Shown: positions 47,277-61,119 of the stretch, one piece after another | How the letters are laid out: the number at the start of each line of letters is the position of its first letter | Numbering within the stretch: the first letter of the stretch is position 1 | From: Selaginella moellendorffii | Taxonomy: Eukaryota > Plantae > Lycopodiophyta | DNA: 64,000 bases | Direction: 5' to 3' | NCBI RefSeq assembly: GCF_000143415.4 | Contig: NW_003314350.1 | Span: 186,001 to 250,000, forward strand | The notes under the pieces: generated by a model | What the model saw: the letters and a program-made list of their open reading frames with translations, nothing else | What the model was told of the DNA's origin: nothing | Databases searched by the model: none | Translations under genes and position numbers: made by a program

Positions 47277-50200
47277 ACATAGAACGGGCATAGGACATTA
47301 GTTCGGAGAACAAAGCATCATTTAAAAATGCGTAGTTCACATGAATCTTTCTGTAATTTTTGCAGAACAATATGGGATCCAAACAATTTAGAAACACGCT
47401 CTGGCTGTAGTTAGAAGTCTAAGTTGACACACTTTACACCTAAGAGAAGGAAAAGCTTGCCAAGCGGAAGGAATAAAGGTCAAAAGCTTACCTCCACGAG
47501 AAGACCTCACGTTAATCCGTGGGGCCTCAGCGCCGCGCATGCCCACCATCAAAAGTTTCCTTGGAGTCCAGCGCCGCACTCGCTGGCCAATCAGGATACC
47601 CGAGTACAACTTGAGCTCTCCCACTTGAGATGGCTGCAAAGCCGCTTTCAAAGCTCGGCATCCCCCATGCCTGTTCAAAGCAACAGACTTTAAACACACG
47701 ACAAAAACTCACCTTGGAGCGTAGTAAAACCGGCCAACAGGGTGCAACCCATCCTGAATCGTAATGTCCTCCGATAACAAGGATGCTCTCCTGGCTGCAA
47801 ACTTATCCCGAACCTCCTGTACATACATAAAGATATGTTGGAGGTCTTGCTTGCTTCCCTAAGCTAGCAGTGATCCACGTACATGAAAACCTGTACCAGA
47901 TCTTAGCGCAGATTTCCAGCTTTACATACCTGTAGCAGATCGCGGTGCTTCACATCAATTCCCAATCTTAGTGTACGCACATCCAGGATCAAGGTGGTGA
48001 ACGCTAGAATGCCTGAATGCCAATCAAGCTCGGCCTGTTCCTCCTCAAAGGAGGTGACATCGTTAGTAGGTTGATCAATGCCATCATGTGGAAACTCCAG
48101 GTCCAGAAAAACGGCCTCCTCATCCTGTGCCTCCTCATCCTCCTCCAACTCTAAGCCCATTTCTAACTGGGAACTCCCCCACTCTGGTTCCTGCTCATCG
48201 TGCTTACACTTTGCCTTGTAATTCAAGTGGTCCCAAAGAGACTTGGAACAAGATCTTTCCTAGGAAGTGGCAGACATCCCTAGATTATGTTGCTGCTCTA
48301 TGCAAGCTTGTACTACCCTAGAAGGGTGTAATGAATAAACTCGTGCAATGCTTCCCTGATCTCTCACTAACACAACCTGGTTGCTCTTTGCTTGCTAATG
48401 GCAGCCTCACAATGCAAAACAAGCACATGCACATGCAGATGCTGACATGGAATCTCCAAATATTTCACTCGGAGGAACACAAAATCCTCAGGGATGGGGT
48501 GGGGTGAGGCTTGGCTTAACCCTCACTCCCCATTACTTCCCACTTTTATTCTCTAGCTTTGAGATTCTCGAGATCTCAAGAAATAATCTTGTCCTCATCC
48601 TCAAAACACCATAAGTAGTTTGTAATGGTGGCAGCCACCTTACAAGGAAACATACACTTCTACAGTTTTTTTCTTGGTTAGCTTTAAAAGGGGACTTTGT
48701 TAGCAAGTACTAATTCAATTATATTGCAAGATGTATGTTTGAAAATTTGTATCTATAAAGATTATTTTATGTGTCACAGATCTCACAGCAAATGCTGGGT
48801 GAATATAAATCACACTTGAGTGAGAGCTGGGCGGATGTGATATTCAGGTGTTGATTGTCCAACTCTTGAAGAATGTTGTAGAGCTGTGTTTCCAGATTCA
48901 GCCACTTTTTGCGTAGCAGCTTAGCCAATGTAATTATTTTGGGATTAGGGACTGGTTTATCTTGGTTAATTTTAGCTAGCCCTCTCTTTTCTTTCTTGTG
49001 ATTTTCTCTAGGTCTTCCTCCTCCTCAACATCATCAAATACAGAGTTCTTCCTCCTCAACATCATGAAATACAAAGTTCTCCATATGCTGATGCTGCTGT
49101 GCTCATGTCACAACTCCAAATTTTGGTGTAGCTTGCTGAATTAAAATTGCATTGCTTTCTGCTTGGCTTAAGCTTGTGCAGGCAATTGTCCTGCTTGTGC
49201 AAGCCTTGTGTCTGACAGATTCCACATATAGGCTGGTACTTAATTTGTTTCCTCAGATGCTAGCTCGTAGCTCATTATCTAAACTAGAGGAGAAAATGGG
49301 TGTTGAAAGAAAACTGGCACTCAAGCCGAAGATGGTGGTGATGACGACAAGGTTTTGATGTAACTTGCAAGGATTGCCAGATTTCCTGGCTTGTAAAAAA
49401 AATCTTCCCAGTAATGATTAGTTTGCCAACAATATTGACTTGTCTCGATTCATCACTGGTTGTGGACCATTTAGGTAGTGTCCGTAATTGTTGCATCACA
49501 CACACTAGATGTTTTTTCACTACTGCACAGCCTACTTTGTGCCCCTCAGACCCAATTCAATTGCAAGTCACTGTAGTTGCTGTTGGATTTGGACCTACAC
49601 TCATCAAAGCTTGCCATTGTTGCTGTTGCTAACAACTATAATCCATCATCCCAAAGGCCTGTTCCAAATACTAACAATAAGACAAGGAGAGAGAACACAT
49701 AGAGAGAAAGGAAGGAGTTGTACTAACTGGTCTTTGCTAAACATTTGCTACCTTATGGTTGGAATGTTTCTATGTGCCATTGTTAATTGCTGTTGACCAA
49801 CTCCAAAGCTTTCTACTAACTACACACACATATTTTATATTATAACAATATAGTTGCATTTTCTTGTCTTTTTTTGGTTTGCTTAAGCAAATCTGTAGAG
49901 GAATTGAGATGGTAGTGAATATACCTACAATATGCTTGAATATTCTAGGATAGTCTACCATCTAGAATCTTGTATTTATTATTTATAAACATGTTTATAA
50001 TTTATAAACTTGCTTAAACACTTTCTAGTATATTCTTTTTTATTCTACCATCTAATGGTTGATATGAAATAAGATTAACCTTGTGTTTATAAATTATAAA
50101 CATGTTTATAATTATAAACATTTATTTAATCAATTGAATTAATAAGTAAGAATAACACTACTATTAAGAAAACCAAACGTTGCTACATGCAACACGTAGA

Positions 50201-51183
50201 AAGTTTTTTTTCTAATAATTTATATTGATGTATTTACCTCGGTTCAAAGGCCATAACTTTAGAGATCCCATTTACAGTGGCTAACAAAAGAGAGCGGCCT
50301 TCTGGGTAAGGATTGTCTTTACAAAGTTTGACAGCCATAGATAAATTAGTTGAAGTAAACATTTGAAGAAAGGTGATGGCTATCAAGCCATATACACAGT
50401 CAATGAGAGCATCATCCATTGTTACGTGCTGTGTTGAGTTGCTATGAGTGGATATCCACCAGCTATGTACACATATAACCATGAAAAAAGGATGGTCATC
50501 ATTGCACTCGATGCAGTGTCTAATCTGCAAGTTAATCCTAGATAGCCGAAATTTGTGGCAAACACACCAGCCTAGGGACACAGAGATGTCTCGAGAGGCA
50601 AAAGGAATTAAGCATCCCTTTATCTTAAATGAATAAATATAAGCCATTGAAGAAATAAATATGACATACATAAACCATCAAAGTCTCTTTGATACATAGA
50701 AGTTATGGATTTCAAGTGGTCATGAATTGCATTTTATGGCACTAGTCCAGGCACATTGTAAGCTATAGTTGGAGGTCCAATCTTGGAAGCATCATGATCA
50801 CTTGCTCCTTCGATGTTGTGAAATATTTTGAGTGGCATTTGACGTCCAAACCATTCTGATTTGACTTTATCATACATGAAAGACATACATGCTGCAACTT
50901 GAACCTAAGTATGGTAGTTGTTATTAACAACAGTATTGAAAGCTCAAGCATACCTTGTAAATATACTCAAAGTCGTTACCATGTTTGTGCTCTACTCATT
51001 TAGGTCAACTGAGGAAGTATGCTGCAGCAGTGTAAAATGCTGATCGTGTGGCTTCTAGCGTGAAATCATGCAAAAGAACCAAGTTGGATATAGGAATTAT
51101 ATTAAGCATAGGTGGCCTCAGTGGTGGGAACTCACAAACTAGGGAGGAAGCAATAATATCAATAGCAAATCTAAAGGAATAGA

Positions 51184-51926
51184 NNNNNNNNNNNNNNNNN
51201 NNNNNNNNNNNNNNNNNNNNNNNNNNNNNNNNNNNNNNNNNNNNNNNNNNNNNNNNNNNNNNNNNNNNNNNNNNNNNNNNNNNNNNNNNNNNNNNNNNNN
51301 NNNNNNNNNNNNNNNNNNNNNNNNNNNNNNNNNNNNNNNNNNNNNNNNNNNNNNNNNNNNNNNNNNNNNNNNNNNNNNNNNNNNNNNNNNNNNNNNNNNN
51401 NNNNNNNNNNNNNNNNNNNNNNNNNNNNNNNNNNNNNNNNNNNNNNNNNNNNNNNNNNNNNNNNNNNNNNNNNNNNNNNNNNNNNNNNNNNNNNNNNNNN
51501 NNNNNNNNNNNNNNNNNNNNNNNNNNNNNNNNNNNNNNNNNNNNNNNNNNNNNNNNNNNNNNNNNNNNNNNNNNNNNNNNNNNNNNNNNNNNNNNNNNNN
51601 NNNNNNNNNNNNNNNNNNNNNNNNNNNNNNNNNNNNNNNNNNNNNNNNNNNNNNNNNNNNNNNNNNNNNNNNNNNNNNNNNNNNNNNNNNNNNNNNNNNN
51701 NNNNNNNNNNNNNNNNNNNNNNNNNNNNNNNNNNNNNNNNNNNNNNNNNNNNNNNNNNNNNNNNNNNNNNNNNNNNNNNNNNNNNNNNNNNNNNNNNNNN
51801 NNNNNNNNNNNNNNNNNNNNNNNNNNNNNNNNNNNNNNNNNNNNNNNNNNNNNNNNNNNNNNNNNNNNNNNNNNNNNNNNNNNNNNNNNNNNNNNNNNNN
51901 NNNNNNNNNNNNNNNNNNNNNNNNNN
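51184..51926. other. Assembly gap (743 N)
   Basis: Run of N. The flanks match spacer positions 35947 and 36698 of unit 1, which have 750 bp between them. Confidence 1.
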
Positions 51927-52245
51927 AGCATTCTTACAATGTTAAAGGAAAGTTTTGGTTATAATGGAAATTATACCTGTGTGTAAGTTCAAGAACTTGT
52001 TACATATGTCGTCAAGAGTTTGATCTCATGAATGAGACTTGCTATTGTGAACCTCATGAACCTGTGATGTGCTAGAAATGTAGTCACCTGCATCATCACT
52101 TGAAGACAACACTGTACTTTCCATCCTTGGCAACAGACAAAAACAAAGAAGAACTTTTGGAATGTTGAAAGCCTAAGAAACATATGGTAAATGTGCCCAA
52201 TGCATGTCCTAATATTGACACATTGCATGGAGGCAGCTGCTGCTG

Positions 52246-52307
52246 TTGCAGAAGAATGATCCAAACAATCCAAAGAGTAGCAGCAGCAACACTACAGCCT
52301 GATGCAT
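52246..52307 (-). pseudogene. 5' fragment of the MES gene
   Basis: Matches 29799-29860. Confidence 0.85.
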
Positions 52308-53420
52308 CTCCTTAGTGCACTCACCGAGATTCTCACCAAATTGGAGAAGCAGAACAGGCTGCTGCTTACCGTTGAATCAAAGGGCAATTGCTACACCAAG
52401 CATATATATGTTGGAGCTGTCAACGTGGAAAGCAAGGGAGCAAACTGTAAGGCTTTTTCTATTATGACTTTCCAATTTATGATAAAATATGGCAATTCCA
52501 ATTTATTACAAAGAGTGTCAACCGTTTGTTCCTAGCTTAGTAAACCCCTAACCATGCGCGTGCCATGTTTGGGGACAACATTACTGTTGCAATTACTCTT
52601 AACCAAGCTTGTGCTGTTAAGCTTCAAGAGACCCTCGTGGTAGTAAGAAGCTGCCAAATCACTTCAAGTCACAGTTACCCAATGTCCAGGTCAACAGCCT
52701 TCTTGATGGGCAGCCAGGCCTGAATCGAGCTTCACCCTCGAGCAGCCCACTCCATGGATCTAGCTGCCAGTGATGTCATCCATCTGGTATGGCCGCTCCA
52801 AGAGCTTTATACCAAATGCATAGAAGTTGATCTATAATAACCATGACTTTAAATTGAAAAATAAATAATATAAAAGAAAATAAACTTGACCATATACCTT
52901 TTAGAAAATTCTAGATTATTTATTACAATAAAAATACATTATTTATTTAAATCTCTTATAAATATGAATAAACCGAGAAACCATATTGTATTATACGGTA
53001 TTTCTTGAAATTATGCTAGATTAAACTGTATACTAGTTTAAGAGAAACAACCAAAAAAACTTTGGTTATACTAATTTAAATATAGTTTATCTCTGGTTTC
53101 TACTGCATCTTTTATAAAATCTGTAACCGAATCCTGTTCTAAACGTGAAACGTTCAAGTTGGTAGGACCGATAAATTGCATGGACCAGATAACTGTATGG
53201 AAAACGTGCACCGTATAAAACAACAAGATTCCTCTCCAAGTATGTGGCTATGTGTGTAACGTACAAAATACGGATCACACGGAAATAAAAAAACGTGGCT
53301 GATAGCTCGGATAGTATAAAAGACCCTTCTCCAGCCTCTGTTTCCTCAACCCACAGAGGAGTAGAAAACATTCTCCAATCAAGTTGATCAGATCGATCAA
53401 ACAGTTTTCACCATTTCGAA

Positions 53421-54464
53421 ATGGCTGCAATCGTGTTGATGATTGCGTTTCTCGTGATGGCTGCAGCATGGAAGATGGTGTGTATCCGCAAGAGAGAAGA
53501 GAGGGCACGATTTCTAGCGTCGCTCCACCCCGTGAGAGACGCACACAAGATCCTGTGGTACATGTACTCGGTGGAATTCCCCTTCCTCTCGCAAAAGGCG
53601 CTCGAGTTTGGCACAATCCGCACGCTGGGCATCCCGGGGATCACAAATCTGCTCTTCAAGACCAAGTACGGCCTCAAGGATCCGCAGAAGCGCGCCGCCG
53701 AGACCAACATTCTGGTGAGCGAGATGATCCACCACCACGTCGACAGCGATCGCGGCTCGTACGCGGTGAGGAGATTGAATGGAATCCACAACAAATTCAA
53801 GATCCCAAACGACCAATTCGCCTACGTCCTCTGCCTCAACGTGGTCAGCCCCATTGATTTCTCCGAGAGATTTGGATTCCGCAAGTGGACCGACAACGAG
53901 AAGGAGGCCGCGTATGTTGTGTGGCACGACGTGGGCGTGAGGATGGGCATCACAACCATCCCAGATAGCATTCCAGAGATGCGGGAGTACATTCGCGATT
54001 ACGAGGCCAAGAACGCCATCTTCACGGACAAGAACAAGAGCATCGTCCAGGATCTCAAGCATCTGGTGCTGGATGCATTTCCTCGCCCCGTGCAGCCGCT
54101 GGTCGAGACTGGGATCTGTGCACTCATCGATCCCACAATCAGGAGCGCTGTTGGATTGGAAAAGCCTCCAGCAATTGTGGAGTGGATCATCTTGAGTGCG
54201 TTCAAGCTGCTGGCCGGGAGCTTCGTGTCCGCGTTCTTGCCTCCCAGACGTGTGGAGGATGCAGAGGGCAGCATTGAGGTGGACTGGTGTCCTAATCCCG
54301 CTGCCAATCCGGAAGAGTACCGGCAGCTCAACGTGAATGTGTATCGGCCACCAGCATTCGAGAAGGGATACAAGCTGGCGGAGCTGGGAGCGCTGAAATC
54401 AGGCAAGCTTGGACCATACTACGATGGAGGCTTGCGCTGCCCCTTCCGGCAAATGCACGCATAG
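53421..54464 (+). CDS. MpaB/DUF2236-like oxygenase, copy 4 (G259S, K282E)
   Basis: Intact 347-aa ORF nearly identical to the other copies. Confidence 0.85.
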   Translation: MAAIVLMIAFLVMAAAWKMVCIRKREERARFLASLHPVRDAHKILWYMYSVEFPFLSQKALEFGTIRTLGIPGITNLLFKTKYGLKDPQKRAAETNILVSEMIHHHVDSDRGSYAVRRLNGIHNKFKIPNDQFAYVLCLNVVSPIDFSERFGFRKWTDNEKEAAYVVWHDVGVRMGITTIPDSIPEMREYIRDYEAKNAIFTDKNKSIVQDLKHLVLDAFPRPVQPLVETGICALIDPTIRSAVGLEKPPAIVEWIILSAFKLLAGSFVSAFLPPRRVEDAEGSIEVDWCPNPAANPEEYRQLNVNVYRPPAFEKGYKLAELGALKSGKLGPYYDGGLRCPFRQMHA

Positions 54465-57400
54465 AAATAGAACGGGCATAGGACATTCGTTTGGAGAACA
54501 AAGCATCATTTGAAAATGCGTAGTTTACGTGAATCTTTTTGTAATTTTTGCAGAACAATATGGGATCCAAACAATTTAGAAACACGCTCTGGCTAAAGAC
54601 AATGATTCTAAGATATTACAGGTTGTAGTTAGAAGTCTAAGTTGACACGCTCACTTTACACCTAAGAGAAGGAAAAGCTTGTCAAGCGAAAGGAACAAAG
54701 GTCAAAAGCTTACCTCCACGAGAAAACTTCACGTTAATCCATGGGGCCTCAGCACGGCGCATGCCCACCATCAGGTGCAAACTGCCAAACTTTCCTTGGA
54801 GTCCAGCGCCACACTCACTGGCCAATCAGGATACCCGAGTACAACTTGAGCTCTCCCACTGAGATGGCTGCAAAGCCGCTTTCAAAGCTCGGCATCCCCC
54901 ATGCCTATGCAAGGCAACAGACTCTAAACACACGAACAAAACACACCTTGGTACGTTCAAGGCAAAAGACTTTAAACACACGACAAAAACTCACCTTGGA
55001 GCAGTAGTACAACCGGCCAACAGGGTGCAACCCATCCGGAATCGTAAGGTCCTTCGATAACAAGGATGCTCCCCAGGCTGCAAACTTATCCCGAACCTCC
55101 TGCTTCGTGAAGGCCTCTTCCGATATCGGCTCTCTGGGTGAGTCAGGGAACGAATGCAGAGAAGCTTCAACCAGCTGGTTTCCCTTGACCTGCACATATC
55201 CATCGATCTCAGAAATGGCATATCGCCATTCCCTCATGTCCATGGCATACACAAAACAAACAGAAATTGATTTCAAAACACGAAACTAGAAACTGGTACA
55301 TACATGAAGATATGTTGGAGGTCTTGCTTGCTTCTCTAAGCTGGCAGTGATCCACGTACATGAAAACCTGTACCAGATCTTAACGCAGATTTCAGATACT
55401 AACCAGCTTTACATAGCAGATCGCGGTGCTTCACATCAATTCCCAATCTTAGTGTACGCAATCCAGGATCGGAATGCCAATCAAGCCCTCCTCAGAGGAG
55501 GTGACATCGTTAGTAGGTTGATCAATGCCATCATGTGGAAACTCCAGGTCCAGAAAAACGGCCTCCTCATCCTGTGCCTCCTCATCCTCCTCCAACTCTA
55601 AGCCCATCTCTAACTGGAACTCCCGCCACTCTGGTTCTTGCTCATCGTGCTTACACTCTGCCTTGTACAGCATGAAAAGGGCAAATGAACACAAGAGCCT
55701 AGAGAAAATGCTTGCCGGCCCTTGTCTTGGAAAACCAATGTGGCGTACACATCTTTAACCTCCAACTACACGCACGGCGCTCTCCCTTCCTGGAAACATC
55801 TTTCGATTATACCTGGAATGTCGAGAAACTTAGACACAAGACGAGGTCAAGAATCCTTACCGATCATAGGGAGGCGTGGCATCTGGGAGCCTGTACCGCT
55901 TCTTAAATTGCTCTTCAGTAATCTTGCTAGGTGACACTTGGAATAGTGGTGCTTCTTGCTGTAGCGCTGCGAGTTGTGCTGTGGGAGCAACTCCTTGAGC
56001 AGAGCCCTAATGTGTTCCAAAGACGAACCAAAACCTGCATCCCTCTGTTTCTTATGAGCTGCCCCCCTCCACCTCGTCTGACTTTGGTGACTCTCTTTTG
56101 GTGATGACGGCATTGCCGTATATGATCGCGGTCACCGACTGGGTGATTCCACCTCGATTTTCGATCTGACATTGCTTGCCACAATCTACATGGTTTGAAA
56201 CAATGCTTTAGCAAAGCTTTTGAAGTTTAGACAAAGTCCATTGAGCTCAAAGAACCTAGACATGAAAGGTTCTAGGAAGAACTTGGATCACTGTCACAAT
56301 CTTGCAATCCTTTGAGACTGCCCAGATGTTCGTCTGGGCAGCTCATAGTGTGGAATAAGTCAAATATTTGTCACCCAGCCTGTCAGCCAGAGCAACTACC
56401 AAACAACAAAGAGACTTGGAACAAGATCTTTCTTAGGAAGTGGCAGACATCCCTAGATTGCAGGAGTTGTGTTGCTGCTTTATGCAAGCTTGTATTACCC
56501 TAGAAAGGTGTAATGAACAAACTTAGTATATCTAACATGTGCAATGCTTCCCTGATCTCTTGCTAACACAACCTGGTTACTCTTTGCTTGCTAATGGCAG
56601 CCTCACAATGCAAAACAAGCACATGCACATGACCCAGCCTCACAGCACACTGCAGATGCTGATGTGAAATTGCTTCCCACTTTTATTCTCTACCTTTGAG
56701 ATTCTTGGGATCTCAGGAAATGATCTTGTCCTCATCTTCAAACACCATAAGTAGTTTGCCATGGTGGCAGCCTCTTTGCTTGGACAAAAGTGGCATGAGT
56801 TACAAGGAAACATACACTTCTACAGTTTTCTTATTGGTAACTTTAGCTTTAAAAGGGGACTCTGTTTGAGATCTGTGACTCACAAAATAATCTTTATAGA
56901 TAGAAATTTTCAAACATACATCTTGCAATATAATTGAATTAGTACTTGCCCAGCAAATACTGGATGAATATAAAAATAAATTTTATACACCTGAGTGAGA
57001 GCTGAGTGCATGTGATATTCAAGTGTTGAGTGTCCAAGTCTTGAAGAATGTTGTAGGGCTGTGTTTCCACTTTTTGTGTGACAGATTAGCTAGGGTAGTT
57101 ATTTTGGGATCAGGGACTGGTTTATCTTGGTTAATTGTAGCTGGAGGATCTGATCTTGGCTGCTCACTCTCTCTTTTATCCTTGCAGTTCTTTCTTGTGA
57201 TTTTCTCTAGGTTTTCCTCCTCCTCAGCATCATCAAATACAGAGTTTTTCCTCCTCCTCAACATCATGAAATATAGAGTTCTCCATATGCTAATGCTGTT
57301 GTGCCCATGTCATAACTTTAGATTTTGGTGCAGCTTGTTGGATGAAAATTGCATTGCTTTCTACTTGGCTTAAGCTTGTGTAGGCAATTGTCCTGCATAT

Positions 57401-60075
57401 GCAAGCCTTGTGTCTGACAGATTCCACATATAGGCTAGTACCTAATCTGTTTCCTCGGATGCTGGCTTGTAGCTCATTGTCTGAATTGGAGGAGACAATG
57501 GGTGTTGAAAGAAAACTAGTGCTCAAGCCGAAGATGGCAGTGATGATGGCAAGGTCTTGATAGGAGATTTCTTGGCTTGTAAAAATAATCTTCCTTTGAA
57601 ATAGATCATTTGAAGTAAACATTTGAAGAAAGGTGATGGCCATCAAGCCATATACACAGTCAATGAGAGCATTGTCCATTGTTACGTGCTGTGTTGAGTT
57701 GCTACAAGTGGATATCAACCGACCATGTACACATATAACCATGAAAAAAGGATGGTCATTGTTGCACTCAATGCAGTGTCCAATCTGCAAGTTAATCCTA
57801 GATAGCCAAAATTTGTGGCAAACACACCAGCCCAAGGACACAGAGATGTCTCGAGAGGCAAAAGGAATTAAGCATCCCTTTATCTTAAATGAATAAATAT
57901 AAGCCATTGAACAAATAAATATGACATACATACCCCATTAAAGTCTCTTTGATACATAGAAGTTATGGATTTCAAGTGGTCATGAATTGCATTCCATGGT
58001 GCTAGTCCAGGCACATTGTAAACTATAGTTGGAGGTCCAATCTTGGAAATATTATGATCACTTGTTCCTTCGATGTCGTGAAATATTTTGAGTGGCATGT
58101 GACGTCCAAACCATTCTGATTTGACTTTATGATACACGAAAGACATACATGCTGCAACTTGAACCAGAGTATGGTAGTTATTATTAACAGCTGTATTGAA
58201 AGCTCAAGCACACCTTGTAAATATACTCAAAGTCGTTAGCATGTTTCTGCTCTGCTCATTTAGGTCAACTGAGGAAGTATGCTGCAACAGTGCAAAATGC
58301 TGATCATGTGGTTTCTAGCGTGAGATCATGCAAAAGAACCAAGTTGGATATAGGAATTATATCAAGCATAGGTGGCCTCAGTGGTGGGAACTCACAAACC
58401 AGGGAGGAAGCAATAATATCAATAGCAAATCTAAAGGAATAGACCACCAAACATATCAGCAATATGTTGAGAAAGAGAAGCTGTAGCAATATGAACACCA
58501 CCAATATCAGTGAAGTCAACATTGGGGGAGGTGGTAGAGCTAGTTCTCCACAAGCTGTTGCAGAAGCCATCATAAGTTCCATAGCAAGATAGGGTGTATA
58601 GTAGCAATGGCGAGCTCTAGATAGCAGCTGCAAGTTAGCAATTTGATCCACTAAAGAGTGGCCACTGGTTTGAAAATGCTACTTGTAATAGAACACCACA
58701 GATTATCTTGTGATATGTCACTAATGTCACGCTTTGCTGTGTCAAAAAATAGTAAGAAAATATCACCCAAAAAATGTTTTTTTACATAGTGCTACCATTG
58801 AATCAAAAGTTGAAGTGAAGTAATCCACATGTAGTTTCGTAAGAATTTTGTAAGAAACCATGTTAAGAGAAAACCATGTACCTGTTGAAATAAATGCCAT
58901 CACAGTGGTAGGTGTTGCATGGTTGGCATGAAATAAACATACCACTAATGTCAAGTATGCTATTAAAACTTTTGCCAACTAAAATGCAAATTAAAATATC
59001 ATTTGAAAGAAAAAGTGTAGCATACCACTATTGTGAGGAGCACCACTTGACTTTACATTAACTTTGATTAATCAAAAAAGCAAAAATGTCAGTAATACAT
59101 ACTAGGAATGTCGTGGTGCTTGGTGACATTAGGTTTCGTTGCAACACAGTTCACAGCTGCGTCATTATTATCCCCAAGCTCAGTGGTTGCTATAGCATTC
59201 TTACAATGTTAAAGGAAAGTTTTGGTTATAATGGAAACTATACCTGGGTGTAAGTTCAAGAACTTGCTACATACGTTGTCAAGAGTTTGATCTGATGAAT
59301 GAGACTTGCTATTGTGAACCTCCTGAACCTGTGATGTGCTAGAAATGTAGTCAACTGCATCATCACTTGAAGACGACAGACTAAAACAAAGAAGAACTTT
59401 TGGAATGTTGAAAGCCTAAGAAACATATGGTAAATGGGACCAATGCATGTACTAATATTAGAAAATGCATAGAAGTTGATCTATAATAACCATGACTTTA
59501 AATTGAAAAATAAATAATATAAAAGAAAATCAACTTGACCATATACCTTTTAGAAAATTCTACATTATTCATTACAATAAAAATACATTATTTATTTAAA
59601 TCTCTTTATAAATATGAATAAACCGAGATATTATATTATATGGTATTTCTTGAAATTATGCTAGATTAAACTTTATATTAGTTTAAGAGAAACAACTTTG
59701 GTAAATAACGAATATACTAATTTAAATATGGTTTATCTCTGGTTTCTACTGCATCTTTTGTAATTAAGGAACCAGAATCCAGTTCTAAACGTGAAACGTT
59801 CAAGTTGGTAGGACCGATAAATTGCATGGACCAGATAACTGTATGGAAAACATGCACCGTATAAAACAACAAGATTTCTCTACAAGCATGTGGCTATGTG
59901 TGTAACGTACAGAATACGGATCACACGGAAATAAAAAACGTGAAATATGATCTCTAATAGCTCTGATAGTATAAAAGACCCTTCTCCAGCCTCTGTTTCC
60001 TCAACCCACAGAGGAGTAGAAAACATTCTCCAATCAAGTTGATCAGATCGATCAAACAGTTTTCACCATTTCGAA

Positions 60076-61119
60076 ATGGCTGCAATCATGTTGATGATTG
60101 CGTTTCTCGTGATGGCTGCAGCATGGAAGATGGTGTGTATCCGCAAGAGAGAAGAGAGGGCACGATTTCTAGCGTCGCTCCACCCCATGAGAGACGCACA
60201 CAAGATCTTGTGGTACATGTACTCGGTGGAATTCCCCTTCCTCTCGCAAAAGGCGCTCGAGTTTGGCACAATCCGCACGCTCGGCATCCCGGGGATCACA
60301 AATCTGCTCTTCAAGACCAAGTACGGCCTCAAGGATCCGCAGAAGCGCGCCGCCGAGACCAACATTCTGGTGAGCGAGATGATCCACCACCACGTCGACA
60401 GCGATCGCGGCTCGTACGCGGTGAGGAGATTGAATGGAATCCACAACAAATTCAAGATCCCAAACGACCAATTCGCCTACGTCCTCTGCCTCAACGTGGT
60501 CAGCCCCATTGATTTCTCCGAGAGATTTGGATTCCGCAAGTGGACCGACAGCGAGAAGGAGGCCGCGTATGTTGTGTGGCACGACGTGGGCGTGAGGATG
60601 GGCATCACAACCATCCCAGATAGCATTCCAGAGATGCGGGAGTACATTCGCGATTACGAGGCCAAGAACGCCATCTTCACGGACAAGAACAAGAGCATCG
60701 TCCAGGATCTCAAGCATCTGGTGCTGGATGCATTTCCTCGCCCCGTGCAGCCGCTGGTCGAGACTGGGATCTGTGCACTCATCGATCCCACAATCAGGAG
60801 CGCTGTTGGATTGGAAAAGCCTCCAGCAATTGTGGAGTGGATCATCTTGGGTGCGTTCAAGCTGCTGGCCGGGAGCTTCGTGTCCGCGTTCTTGCCTCCC
60901 AGACGTGTGGAGGATGCAAAGGGCAGCATTGAGGTGGACTGGTGTCCTAATCCCGCTGCCAATCCGGAAGAGTACCGGCAGCTCAACGTGAATGTGTATC
61001 GGCCACCAGCATTCGAGAAGGGATACAAGCTGGCGGAGCTGGGAGCGCTGAAATCAGGCAAGCTTGGACCATACTACGATGGAGGCTTGCGCTGCCCCTT
61101 CCGGCAAATGCACGCATAG
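60076..61119 (+). CDS. MpaB/DUF2236-like oxygenase, copy 5 (V5M, V38M, N159S)
   Basis: Intact 347-aa ORF nearly identical to the other copies. Confidence 0.85.
   Translation: MAAIMLMIAFLVMAAAWKMVCIRKREERARFLASLHPMRDAHKILWYMYSVEFPFLSQKALEFGTIRTLGIPGITNLLFKTKYGLKDPQKRAAETNILVSEMIHHHVDSDRGSYAVRRLNGIHNKFKIPNDQFAYVLCLNVVSPIDFSERFGFRKWTDSEKEAAYVVWHDVGVRMGITTIPDSIPEMREYIRDYEAKNAIFTDKNKSIVQDLKHLVLDAFPRPVQPLVETGICALIDPTIRSAVGLEKPPAIVEWIILGAFKLLAGSFVSAFLPPRRVEDAKGSIEVDWCPNPAANPEEYRQLNVNVYRPPAFEKGYKLAELGALKSGKLGPYYDGGLRCPFRQMHA

Noticed and set aside
50092-50113. Palindrome AATTATAAACATGTTTATAATT (shorter versions at 42808 and 49983)
   Set aside because: It lies in AT-rich intron-like DNA with local duplications. 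No MITE boundaries could be supported.
51005-51931. 308-aa ORF
   Set aside because: Artifact of the N gap.
30936-61119. Microbial contamination as the source of the oxygenase genes
   Set aside because: The copies are embedded in repeat units that include part of the intron-containing plant MES gene, and they carry TATA-type promoters contiguous with plant genes.
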